Shown: positions 1 to 7,826, counted from the whole stretch's first letter. The stretch is 54,055 bases of DNA, filler included, from Limisphaerales bacterium (GCA_044225505.1; 2 parts of 2 records of this genome joined end to end with filler, not necessarily neighbours in it); one strand, 5' to 3'. The notes: generated by a model not told the origin, from the letters alone. A program made the numbers and translations.

Positions 1-50
1 GGACCTCCGAGGCCCTCCAGACGATACCCAAAAATGAGAACCAACAGAAC

Positions 51-143
51 GCCCAACAAGCCAGATGCAGTGAACCCGGCGATAGCGCTCTGGTTGACAA
101 TCGAGTGCTAGGCGCGCCGGGTCACTGATCTGGATCGTTAGGC
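51..143 (+). other. attC recombination site (integron cassette)
   Basis: R'' GCCCAAC (51-57) and R' GTTAGGC (137-143). Arms CCAGATgCAGTGaACCCGGCG and CGCCGGGTCACTGATCTGG pair with two extrahelical bases on the R''-proximal arm. Confidence 0.9.
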
Positions 144-169
144 CGCTTCCATTCACCCATTTAAAGCTT

Positions 170-685
170 ATGCAGGACATCCAGAGACTCACAGCAGAAG
201 AGGCGCGGGGCGTTTTGCCTCAGCTTGTCGCTTTGCTTCAGGACGCGGTGCATGACGGTGCATCCATCGGCTTCACCCAGCCTCTGCCCGCCGATGTCGC
301 CGAGCGATATTGGCAGGATGTTTTTCGTGAGGTTGGGCACGGTTCTCGCATCTTGCTCGTGACCCGGCGTGAGGAGGTGGTCGTAGGCAGCGTGCAGTTG
401 GGACTTTGCACCCGCCCGAACGGACTGCACCGGGCAGAGGTGCAGAAGCTATTTGTCCACACTCGATGGCGGCGTCAGGGTATTGCCAAGGCATTGATGG
501 CGGCCATCGAGCAAGAGGCACGGTCCGCGCGGCGGTCGTTGCTCTACCTCGACACCGAGCCGCATAAGCCAGCCGCAGCAATGTATGAGCAGACGGGCTG
601 GATTCGGGTTGGCGAGATACCGGGCTATGCTTGCAGTCCCGACGGACATCTGCACGGCACGGCATTTTACTATCGGATGATTTGA
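170..685 (+). CDS. GNAT acetyltransferase, tabtoxin-resistance (Ttr)-like; gene cassette
   Basis: NGLHRAEVQKLFVH motif and acetyl-CoA motif RRQGIA; starts 27 nt after an R' box and ends 10 nt before R'' ACCTAAC. Confidence 0.85.
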   Translation: MQDIQRLTAEEARGVLPQLVALLQDAVHDGASIGFTQPLPADVAERYWQDVFREVGHGSRILLVTRREEVVVGSVQLGLCTRPNGLHRAEVQKLFVHTRWRRQGIAKALMAAIEQEARSARRSLLYLDTEPHKPAAAMYEQTGWIRVGEIPGYACSPDGHLHGTAFYYRMI

Positions 686-695
686 GCATGACGCG

Positions 696-802
696 ACCTA
701 ACCCTGAAGGGTGTATTGCTGCGGAGCGCGCCGGGAGAGAAGATCAAAGTGGCAAGTGAGGTGGCGGGCGCGCGGAGCCAGCAAATACGCCCCTGGTTGA
801 AC
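696..802 (-). other. attC-like hairpin in inverted orientation at the left end of the recombinase/transposase element
   Basis: Minus strand reads GTTCAAC(R'')..GGGCGTATtTGCTGgCTCCGCGCGCC...GGCGCGCTCCGCAGCAATACACCC..GTTAGGT(R'). The two extra bases lie on the GTTCAAC-proximal arm, i.e. opposite polarity to the other attCs. Confidence 0.7.
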
Positions 803-816
803 AAGCCGCTGTCGCG

Positions 817-862
817 CCGTCAGATTCCCGATATAGCGAAGTCCGTCAGCTCCCGATATGGC
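817..862 (+). repeat. Imperfect direct repeat pair just inside the left inverted repeat
   Basis: CCGTCAGATTCCCGATATAGC (817-837) and CCGTCAGCTCCCGATATGGC (843-862). Confidence 0.7.
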
Positions 863-1099
863 AGTTGTATTTTGCTTGAAACAGCCAGCATGATGAGTTG
901 GCTATAGTTTTCGACGCCAAAAGTGGCCGACAAAGGGGAGGCGGCGTGCGTTGGGGGGGGTGGAGACGTTTCCTTAAGGAGGTGAGCCAAGCTTCTGTGT
1001 GCTCTGGGCACGCGTTTGGAGGGTGGAAAAGGCCGCTGGCATCGCCGCCGACAAAAGAGGTGCGTGCGCGTGAGAGAGTGACTTTGTAACACGCGGTAT

Positions 1100-2233
1100 T
1101 CATGCGGCAGTGGAGGTGGACGGCGTCACTCTGCGCGGAGGTGGCGGGCCCCGTGTCTTGTGCCAAGGACTAATCGAAAAGAGCAAGCGGGTGGCCCGGC
1201 CGCACTTAAAACAGAGCGGAGTCGAGCAGGTGGTGGCCGGAGCGGCCGGTTCGGTGGCTCCGAAGTTGACGGTTCTTCCGGAGTGCAGTTGCACGCGCAG
1301 GCGCTTGGCTTTGGCGGTGGGATGGCAAAAGCCGTAGTAGCGGACGGAGCGCAATCCGCGGGGCAGGACGTGTCGGAGATAATAGGAGGCAAACTCCACA
1401 CCGGGCAGAGTCTTGATCTTCCAGCGGTTGTTCTCGGACCGATCCTTCCAGCGGAAAGTGACGGAGTCCTGAGTGACCGCGAGGATGCGCGCGTCGTTGA
1501 TGGCGGTGCGCGCGACGTAAGTGCTGAGGTATTTGACCGCCGGAGCTCCGCTGCCCACCGGTCGAATGTGGACACCCCAGTCTTTACTCCAGACGGCGGG
1601 GTCCACTTGCCAGCCGTGCTCTTTAAAGAGCTGATAGAGGTGCTGGCGGAAGGCGCTTTGCAGGTGCTCCAAATAGACCAGGAACTCATGATTCTTCACC
1701 CGCACAAAGTTGCCGTGGGGATCCAGTCCGGCTCCGGGCACCAGGCAGTGAATGTGAGGATGGAAGTGGAGCTGTTGGTTCCAGGTATGAAGGACGGCAG
1801 TAAACCCGTTGATGAAGGCGCGGAGGTTTTTGTCCGCGGCGAGCTTCTCACTCAGAGCGCGGGAGACCGCGGTGAAGAACAGGTCGAAGGCTTGCTTGGC
1901 GAAACGGCCAAAGAAGCAGCCGCGTAACTCCGCGGGCAGAGTGAAGGTGACCAGGAAATAAGGGGCGTTGACGAGCTTACGTAACTCGCGTTGGACCCAG
2001 TTGCGTGTGGCCATGGCGCCGCATTGGGGACAGGCCTTGTGGTTACAGGAGTGATAAGCGAAGTGGAGTTGGCCGCAGTCGCAGCCAAAGGCGTTCCCGC
2101 CCAAGGCCGCGGTGCGGCAATGAGTGATGGCCCAGATGGCGCGGCGTTGCTGCGGTGAGAGCCGAGGACCCGTTTTCAGGAACTCGGGCAGAAACCGCCG
2201 CAACGCCCCCAAAACGGTGGGGCGATCGGACAC
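1100..2233 (-). CDS. IS91-family rolling-circle (Y2) transposase with N-terminal Zn-binding domain
   Basis: HCRT..CDCG..HSCNHKACPQC Zn domain, HUH motif HFHPHIH, YxxxY motif YLSTY, and HVLPRGLRSVRYYG. Confidence 0.92.
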   Translation of the reverse strand: MSDRPTVLGALRRFLPEFLKTGPRLSPQQRRAIWAITHCRTAALGGNAFGCDCGQLHFAYHSCNHKACPQCGAMATRNWVQRELRKLVNAPYFLVTFTLPAELRGCFFGRFAKQAFDLFFTAVSRALSEKLAADKNLRAFINGFTAVLHTWNQQLHFHPHIHCLVPGAGLDPHGNFVRVKNHEFLVYLEHLQSAFRQHLYQLFKEHGWQVDPAVWSKDWGVHIRPVGSGAPAVKYLSTYVARTAINDARILAVTQDSVTFRWKDRSENNRWKIKTLPGVEFASYYLRHVLPRGLRSVRYYGFCHPTAKAKRLRVQLHSGRTVNFGATEPAAPATTCSTPLCFKCGRATRLLFSISPWHKTRGPPPPRRVTPSTSTAA

Positions 2234-2255
2234 GGTTGCTGGACAGAAGCGCCGG

Positions 2256-3311
2256 TTAGCGCGGCAAGCCTCGGCAGAGCTGGTCCATGAGGCGCAAGGC
2301 GTCCTGCGTGCTCTGGTGCGTCAAGTGCACGTAAACCATCGTGGTGGTGATCTGTGCATGACCCAGCAGCTGTTGGATGGTGCGGAGGTGGGCGCCAGCC
2401 TCAAGGAGGTGCGTCGCGAAACTATGGCGAAGTGAATGCGGTGACGCGGCAGGAATATTCAGCTCTTTGCGAGCCAGGACCAACAGCCGCTGCAAAGAAC
2501 TATGGGGCATCGGACGAGTGGCCTGGCGCATGCGCTCTGCCAGCGCCTTTGGGTCGTGGTCGCCCCGGCCCACATTGGGAAAGATTAACAAGGGGTGATG
2601 ATGGAAACGCCAATAGCGTTGGAGCTCCTGATACATCGCGGTGGGCAGCGGAACGACTCTATCCTTGTGGCCCTTGCTCTGGCGGATGATGAGTTTGTTT
2701 TCCTTGCCGAGAATATCGTGGATGGTCAGGCCCAGACACTCGCTTAAGCGCAGGCCGCAACAGTAGATGAGCTTGAGGGGCGTGCGGTAGCGGCGCAGGC
2801 GAATGTGCGCGAGCAGATCGTGGACTTGCTGGCGCGTCAGGACGGCCGGAAGGGTGTCGTGATCTTTGGTCCGAATCTGGGAAAAGAGCGTCCAGTCCGG
2901 TTTACCCAGCAGATCGACAAAGCACATTTTAGCGGCAGCCAGCGCCTGTCGAATGGTCTTGGGCTTCCAACCCTTCTTGAGTTTGACGAAAAGGAAATAC
3001 TCGCGGAGCTGGGCTTCGGTGATGGTGACGGGGTCACAACCCAAGTGTTCGTGCATTAGCCGCACCTGGCGATAGTAAGCGTGGCGGGTGCGATTAGCGT
3101 CGTAGCGCAGCGCCAAGAAATCGGCGAAGCGGGCCATCGACTCGTAAGGATGCTCGTAATCGACGGGATTGGCGTAAACTTGAGCTGAGGTCCGAATCTC
3201 TGCGAGTGCAGGAGCCTGAGAGCCGTGCTTAGGTGCGATCGGCTTTGTTTTGCCGCCTGGAGCTTGCTTGGTGTTGGGGTTGCCGGTGGATGAATGATTG
3301 GTGTTTTCCAT
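2256..3311 (-). CDS. Tyrosine recombinase (phage-integrase family, not IntI)
   Basis: Catalytic set GLRLSE, KGHKDR, HSLRHSFATH, LLGH, TTMVY. Lacks the IntI-specific ALxRKYP insertion. Start taken at MENTNH and is uncertain. Confidence 0.92.
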   Translation of the reverse strand: MENTNHSSTGNPNTKQAPGGKTKPIAPKHGSQAPALAEIRTSAQVYANPVDYEHPYESMARFADFLALRYDANRTRHAYYRQVRLMHEHLGCDPVTITEAQLREYFLFVKLKKGWKPKTIRQALAAAKMCFVDLLGKPDWTLFSQIRTKDHDTLPAVLTRQQVHDLLAHIRLRRYRTPLKLIYCCGLRLSECLGLTIHDILGKENKLIIRQSKGHKDRVVPLPTAMYQELQRYWRFHHHPLLIFPNVGRGDHDPKALAERMRQATRPMPHSSLQRLLVLARKELNIPAASPHSLRHSFATHLLEAGAHLRTIQQLLGHAQITTTMVYVHLTHQSTQDALRLMDQLCRGLPR

Positions 3312-3398
3312 ACACCGCGATGATAGTAGGATTCCCCTATGACGCCGCCTCGCGATGAGCACCACCGTGGTCGAAGCCCATCGCCGCGCAGCGGCTTA

Positions 3399-3491
3399 GT
3401 TCAACCATGCGCTGCAGCGAACCCGGCGTGAGCGTCGCGGTTGCAATCATTGCGTCCCGTGCGCCGGCTCGCTGAGCTTGGGGCGTTAGGC
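3399..3491 (+). other. attC site (body probably belongs to the GNAT cassette)
   Basis: GTTCAAC (3399-3405) ... GCTgCAGCGAaCCCGGCG / CGCCGGCTCGCTGAGC arms ... GTTAGGC (3485-3491); same family as the 51-143 site. Confidence 0.88.
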
Positions 3492-3493
3492 AC

Positions 3494-4375
3494 ATGAGTT
3501 CTGCGATTCGCCACTTGTCAGTGTGTGACGGAGATCCTCAGTTTGCCGCGGGGGAGTTTGAAAAGGTTGTTCACATCTATCGGTTCCGGAAGACCGCGCC
3601 TGAGACAACCATCTACACACATTTTGATTTTGGCGGGACTCGTCTGCAAATTGTCCCGCGAGATAACGTGCTTGTGACCGGGGCGTATAGCGTTTACGGG
3701 ATTGAGGGCTACAGCCTGCCGTCCGGGCGGCGTCTTTGGCAGCGTCGCGACTTGAAAAAGGTGCAGTCGATACAGTGGAATCCATCGGACAGCACGGTTT
3801 GTTGCTTTTTCGCGGACAGAGAATGTCTCGTTCTTGATCCTTGCACTGGTAAAGAGTTGTCGTTCTACCCAGCAGAGCTGGAGGATGGGCGTTATAACTC
3901 AGATGGACGAATGGTACTCCAAGACCGGCGTTCGAGGTATCTCGTTGTTCGCAACGAGACCACTCTGTTTTCGGTAGAGATGGAGTCGTTCGGAATGCTG
4001 GATGCGGCATTCTCCGAGGATTGCGTCGCTATTACCGAACCGTGCGGTTCGGTTCGATTCTATGAACTGACCACTGGGGAGCCGACGGGCCGATACATTC
4101 CGCCCTCTGGTTACCACGTCCTAAGCTTGGCCTTTCAGGCCAGCATCGGTGCGTTCGTCGGAGTATTGTGGGGGTATGAATCGACGGGAGACCACTATCT
4201 CGTACAGCTACGTCCGAGCGGCAAAGAAACGCGGCGCTTTGGGCTGGTCGATGCCCATACTTCGACCTTCCTCAATTCCGGTCAAACGATTCTTCTGGCC
4301 TCAGGTCAAGAGCTTTGTACCGAGACAGGTCGAGAGGTGTTTCGCTATGACTTTCCGGAACGTAGTGATGCCTAA
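3494..4375 (+). CDS. Hypothetical beta-rich (WD40/propeller-like) cassette protein
   Basis: 293-aa ORF starts 2 nt after R' and its stop codon lies inside R'' GCCTAAC; repeated 'TGE/TGK/TGR' turn motifs suggest a propeller fold. Confidence 0.7.
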   Translation: MSSAIRHLSVCDGDPQFAAGEFEKVVHIYRFRKTAPETTIYTHFDFGGTRLQIVPRDNVLVTGAYSVYGIEGYSLPSGRRLWQRRDLKKVQSIQWNPSDSTVCCFFADRECLVLDPCTGKELSFYPAELEDGRYNSDGRMVLQDRRSRYLVVRNETTLFSVEMESFGMLDAAFSEDCVAITEPCGSVRFYELTTGEPTGRYIPPSGYHVLSLAFQASIGAFVGVLWGYESTGDHYLVQLRPSGKETRRFGLVDAHTSTFLNSGQTILLASGQELCTETGREVFRYDFPERSDA

Positions 4376-4462
4376 CGAGGTCCCTGCACCGAGCGCCGGG
4401 GTTGCGCCACGCCTTAAAATCGTGCGCCATCGGCCCGGCGTCCCTCAGCCGGATCGTTCGCC
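4370..4462 (+). other. attC site (somewhat degenerate)
   Basis: R'' GCCTAAC (4370-4376), R' GTTCGCC (4456-4462), central CGCCGGG/CCCGGCG arms. Confidence 0.75.
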
Positions 4463-4470
4463 AAAGATCG

Positions 4471-4498
4471 TTGCGGTGGCCGACGGTTGGTTTATGTT
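4471..4498 (+). promoter_or_regulatory. Possible sigma70 promoter inside the TA cassette
   Basis: TTGCGG-16 bp-TATGTT ending 8 nt before the antitoxin ATG; TA cassettes usually carry their own promoter. Confidence 0.35.
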
Positions 4499-4506
4499 TC
4501 GGACGT

Positions 4507-4719
4507 ATGAACGTAGATTTGAATGGCCTCTCACGCGAGGAGAAGCTCAGGGTGATGCACGAGCTTTGGGAGGATTTGGCCCGGGATGAAGCTGCGATCG
4601 AATCTCCATCTTGGCACGCGGATGCGCTGCGCGAGACCGAAGAGAGAGTCCAGGCTGGAATCGAAGGTGTTCACGACTGGGAACAGGCCAAGAAGGAATT
4701 GCGAAGGCGCATGGAGTGA
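4507..4719 (+). CDS. Addiction-module antitoxin (TIGR02574-like)
   Basis: LSREEKLRVMHELWEDL...SPSWH..AL.E.E..V..G....DWEQAKKEL pattern; GTGA overlap with the toxin gene. Confidence 0.8.
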   Translation: MNVDLNGLSREEKLRVMHELWEDLARDEAAIESPSWHADALRETEERVQAGIEGVHDWEQAKKELRRRME

Positions 4720-5012
4720 AACTCCGGCTGCTCAATTCAGCCCTCGAGGACCTTGACCGAGGCAGGAGCTTTTATGAGCGGCAGGCAGAAGGTTTGGGCG
4801 CTTACTTCCTGGACAGCCTCTTTTCTGAGATCGATTCGTTGGTCCTGTTCGGTGGCATTCATCGGAAGGTGTTTGGCTATCACCGAGTCATTGCGCGACG
4901 ATTTCCCTATGCCGTTTATTACAGGGTCGAAGTGGATCGGGTTGTCGTTGTCTGGCGAGTGCTGGACCTCCGCCAGTCGCCGGTGAGCATCCGTCGCGAA
5001 CTGCGAAAATGA
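4716..5012 (+). CDS. RelE/ParE-family toxin
   Basis: SALEDL...FYERQAEGLG.YF..SL..EIDSL...RRFPYAVYY...VWRVLDLRQSP pattern. Confidence 0.85.
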   Translation: MKLRLLNSALEDLDRGRSFYERQAEGLGAYFLDSLFSEIDSLVLFGGIHRKVFGYHRVIARRFPYAVYYRVEVDRVVVVWRVLDLRQSPVSIRRELRK

Positions 5013-5018
5013 TGGCGA

Positions 5019-5190
5019 ATCGGGTCGCCGGGAGGATTGACTTCCGGCTCCCACACCACCTGACATGCGGGTCCGCATCAGGCGGTTCCGGTTAGATTAA
5101 CGGAGGCAGGATCAAACTTTTGATTTTGCTTTCCGTAATGCATTTCAACCCATTGTTGCGTCAAGTTGGGCACTCCCTGTTCGGCTAACC
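5019..5190 (-). mobile_element. 3' remnant of a group IIC-attC intron (domains V-VI plus the maturase C-terminus)
   Basis: Minus strand GAACCGCCTGATGCGGACCCGCATGTCAGGTGGTGTGGGAG...CCCGGCGACCCGAT ends inside R'' (GGCGA|AT). The upstream minus frame reads LAEQGVPNLTQQWVEMHYG..., like the C-termini of IIC intron-encoded proteins. Confidence 0.85.
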
Positions 5191-5290
5191 GATACTTCCA
5201 AGATGCAGCGGTCTGGAATGAGGACGCCATCCGCGCTCGTGGTCAGAAGCTTTTTGAAATCGCTCTCCAGGTCTGGCCGTATGGCTCCTT
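5187..5290 (+). pseudogene. C-terminal remnant of a DUF262/DUF1524 (GmrSD-like) gene
   Basis: NRYFQDAAVWNEDAIRARGQKLFEIALQVWP resembles the typical DUF1524 C-terminus; no N-terminal part is present. Confidence 0.55.
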
Positions 5291-5292
5291 TA

Positions 5293-5322
5293 ACCTGCCG
5301 GGACCTGCCGGGACCTGCCGGG
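5293..5322 (+). repeat. Tandem repeat (ACCTGCCGGG)x3
   Basis: Three exact 10-bp copies read directly. Confidence 0.9.
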
Positions 5323-5458
5323 ATGATCTTCGCGAGATGGACCCATGCTTAGTCGATCTAACGCTCAGGCTATTCGCGCTGGAGGACAGAATTGGGTCGG
5401 GGCACGCACGCCTGCACTGTTCAATCTCACGAAGACTTGATAGGCTCCCGTCACGTTG

Positions 5459-6043
5459 ATGCCAAAAGAGCTGTCAAAGAAAGAGCTCAGCGAGCGCGAC
5501 ATCTGCACGAAATTCATTACTCCGGCGCTGGTGGATGGAGCCAAGTGGGATTCGATGGGCCAGATTCGGGAGGAGGTTTCATTCACGAAGGGGCGGGTCA
5601 TTGTTCGCGGCCAGGTTTCCGTCCGTGGAGAGCCAAAGCGCGCCGATTACGTGCTTTCCTACAAGCCCGGGCTTCCGCTGGCCATTGTTGAGGCCAAGGA
5701 CAACAATCACAGCGTCGGAGCTGGCATGCAGCAGGCGCTGGAGTACAGCGACATTTTGGATGTGCGATTCGTTTTCAGCTCCAACGGCGACGCTTTCCTG
5801 TTCCACGATAAGACTGGCCAATCGGATCCGGTGGAGCGGGAAATTGCGCTGGATGAGTTTCCCTCGGCGGATGATCTTTGGCGGCGCTACTCAGTCTGGA
5901 AGGGACTGACCCCAGCCCAGGAGGTTGTCGTCAGCCAGCCGTACTTCCCACAAGCGCCGGACAAAGCGCCCCGGTATTACCAGGAAATCGCGATCAATCG
6001 CGCCATCGAGGCGATTGCCAAAGGTGAGAAGCGCATCCTGCTG
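5459..6043 (+). pseudogene. hsdR: Truncated type I restriction subunit R (EcoAI-like), N-terminal nuclease domain only
   Basis: SERDICTKFITPAL, RADYVL, AIVEAK, QQALEY, FSSNG, PRYYQ.IAINRAIEAI..G.KRILL; homology stops just before the helicase Walker A motif. Confidence 0.85.
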
Positions 6044-6137
6044 TCCGAAAACGCCGTCACGCGTCTCAGACGGGCCGGATACTCATCGAGTTCTCGCGCA
6101 TGTAGTCGCTCATCGTCGAAATCCGGACAGGTATCAA

Positions 6138-6917
6138 ATGAGTACCGACCAGCCTACAAATGAGAGTTGGGGAAAGTTAGCAAAGGCTCCTATCGTCGAA
6201 GCCGTGCTGGACATCGACTGCGCCCTGCCGCCCGGGCGGCCGGTTGCTGACCTGGAGCGCGCGGCACGCGAGGCCTATGGCGATCGATATCCCAAGTCAA
6301 GGGTTCAACTCATCCAACAGCAGCGGTTGGAAACTCACGGGGGCGCTCCGCCACAACTTACGGTGCAGCAAGGGATTCAGGCATTCCAGTTCCTGCACCA
6401 GGACGAGCGTCAACTGGTGCAGGTCCGCGTCCAAGGTTACTCTTTCAACCGCCTCGCTCCGTACACCACCCTGGACGACTACTTGCCGGAAATCCAACGA
6501 ACCTGGGAGTTGTTCGTGCGGATCGCCTCTCCGGTCGAGGTGCGAGGGATTCGCTTGCGCTACATCAACCGAATTGTCCTTCCGATGGAAGGCGGCCGAG
6601 TCGACTTGGACCAATACCTCAGGACTGGACCCCGCCTACCCGACGAAGAATCACTCATGCTTGCCGGATTTCTATCCCAAAACGCGGCTATCGAGCGTAA
6701 TACAGGGAACCATTTAATCACGGTTTTGACGCACGAACTCCAACAACTGGAGACCTTGCCGATTATCTTGGACATCACAGCCAAGTCTGCCGTGCAGCCC
6801 CTGAACCCCACAAATTTGGCCGAGATTCTCACCCGAGTCCAGTCGCTTAGAGACTTGAAGAATCGTGCTTTCCGAAATACCCTGACCTCGCGATGCTTGA
6901 AATTATTTCAACCGTAG
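6138..6917 (+). CDS. TIGR04255-family protein
   Basis: LAKAPIVEAVLDI, FNRLAPY, RIRLRYINRI-type motif (GIRLRYINRI), IILDI, LRDLKNRAF; start taken at MSTDQP. Confidence 0.8.
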   Translation: MSTDQPTNESWGKLAKAPIVEAVLDIDCALPPGRPVADLERAAREAYGDRYPKSRVQLIQQQRLETHGGAPPQLTVQQGIQAFQFLHQDERQLVQVRVQGYSFNRLAPYTTLDDYLPEIQRTWELFVRIASPVEVRGIRLRYINRIVLPMEGGRVDLDQYLRTGPRLPDEESLMLAGFLSQNAAIERNTGNHLITVLTHELQQLETLPIILDITAKSAVQPLNPTNLAEILTRVQSLRDLKNRAFRNTLTSRCLKLFQP

Positions 6918-7435
6918 GGTTTGTGGTGGGGTATCCCGCTCTCCAAACCTTGGCGCGCGGCGGCACCGCCATTTCGCCGGAAGCTGACACAGTCCGTAAT
7001 GCCGCGATAGAACTGGTCCAGGCGGTGGAGTTGTCGCAGGCCTTGTTCGGTGTGAAAGCGGAGGCGATTTCGAGCCTGCGCAAGTTGGCCATGGAACACG
7101 GGCAGCCCGGTTGGGATGGTGGAGATGCGGCGGTGCTATCTCCGGTTGCGCTATTCACGGCGGAAAGCTTTGTTCGAGCTTTGCCAGATGGCATACCGAT
7201 GCCAGAGTTGGCCGCCGAACCGGACGGCTCCATTTCCTTGGATTGGATTCAGTCTCGGCAGCGCCTGTTCACCTTGACAGTGGGAAACACGAGCCGTTTG
7301 GCGTACGCTTGGGTGGATGGCACGGACCGAGGGCACGCCGTTGCCTTATTCGACGGAGCATCTGCTCCACCCAGAATCGTTGAAGGGATCAAATCTATCC
7401 TAAGCCCAGCCTATGCTTCCCTCAGGGCTGCCTGA
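6893..7435 (+). CDS. Hypothetical protein (WDG...P.PE...EPDG.I.L.W type), TIGR04255-operon partner
   Basis: Overlaps both neighbours; motifs GWDGGDA and PMPELAAEPDGSISLDW. Confidence 0.7.
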   Translation: MLEIISTVGFVVGYPALQTLARGGTAISPEADTVRNAAIELVQAVELSQALFGVKAEAISSLRKLAMEHGQPGWDGGDAAVLSPVALFTAESFVRALPDGIPMPELAAEPDGSISLDWIQSRQRLFTLTVGNTSRLAYAWVDGTDRGHAVALFDGASAPPRIVEGIKSILSPAYASLRAA

Positions 7436-7826
7436 CCAGGTTGCAGACAAGGAAAATCTCGCTCGATTCATCACTTCATCGAGCCAATTCAATTCGCTGA
7501 TGGCGAAGCCGGCCGCTTTCCTGCCCAATCCAAAGCACAAGAACACTTCCGTCTTTCGACATGATGCCGATTGGGACGGTCTGAAGAAGGTTTGGGATTC
7601 CGTTTCCAACGGTGAACGAAACTTGCATTCCGTCGCCGTCTTCCGGGCAGCAGTGGTCCGGGCCGCAGAATTGGACGTCCGCCCAGAAGAGCCGCCTGCG
7701 CGCCACGCGAACATCGTAAACTGGCCTTGGCTTCCTCAGGATCCGGAGCTTCAGAAGGCCAAGCAGAAGGAATGCGCTGCCGTCATCGCCCAAGCGGCCC
7801 AACTTCTGACCCAAGCGACTCCGTAG
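7413..7826 (+). CDS. Hypothetical protein, possibly ADP-ribosyltransferase-like toxin
   Basis: E.LARF...AFLP....TSVFR...EEPPARHANIVNWP; overlaps the upstream gene. The ART assignment is inference only. Confidence 0.6.
   Translation: MLPSGLPDQVADKENLARFITSSSQFNSLMAKPAAFLPNPKHKNTSVFRHDADWDGLKKVWDSVSNGERNLHSVAVFRAAVVRAAELDVRPEEPPARHANIVNWPWLPQDPELQKAKQKECAAVIAQAAQLLTQATP

Larger units (their letters stand above)
703..3405 (-). mobile_element. Tyrosine recombinase + IS91-like (Y2/HUH) transposase element inserted at the AAC of an attC R'' box
   Basis: Two-gene unit bounded by imperfect inverted repeats GTTGAAC-AAGCCGCTGTCGCG (796-816) and GTTGAACTAAGCCGCTG-CGCG (rc of 3385-3405). Removing 703-3405 rejoins ACCTAAC to a family-typical attC body (3406-3491). 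Confidence 0.8.

Noticed and set aside
1160..1927. 255-aa plus-strand ORF and similar long antisense ORFs (23143-24162, 31849-32757, 43818-44663, 50937-52106)
   Set aside because: These are shadow ORFs opposite well-supported genes in GC-rich DNA and have no recognisable motifs.
2256..3311. Calling the recombinase an integron integrase (intI)
   Set aside because: It lacks the IntI-specific insertion (ALxRKYP...W.WQ), lies inside the array paired with a Y2 transposase, and no attI is evident.
51..4462. Repeated palindromes as a CRISPR array
   Set aside because: The units are ~90-110 bp imperfect hairpins separated by whole genes and have R boxes, so they are attC sites; no cas genes are present.
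5925..6137. N-terminal extension of the 330-aa ORF
   Set aside because: It overlaps the hsdR remnant in another frame; family similarity begins only after the ATG at 6138.
6044..6163. Ser-rich tail of the hsdR ORF as a real domain
   Set aside because: It is read-through past the truncation point and is low complexity.
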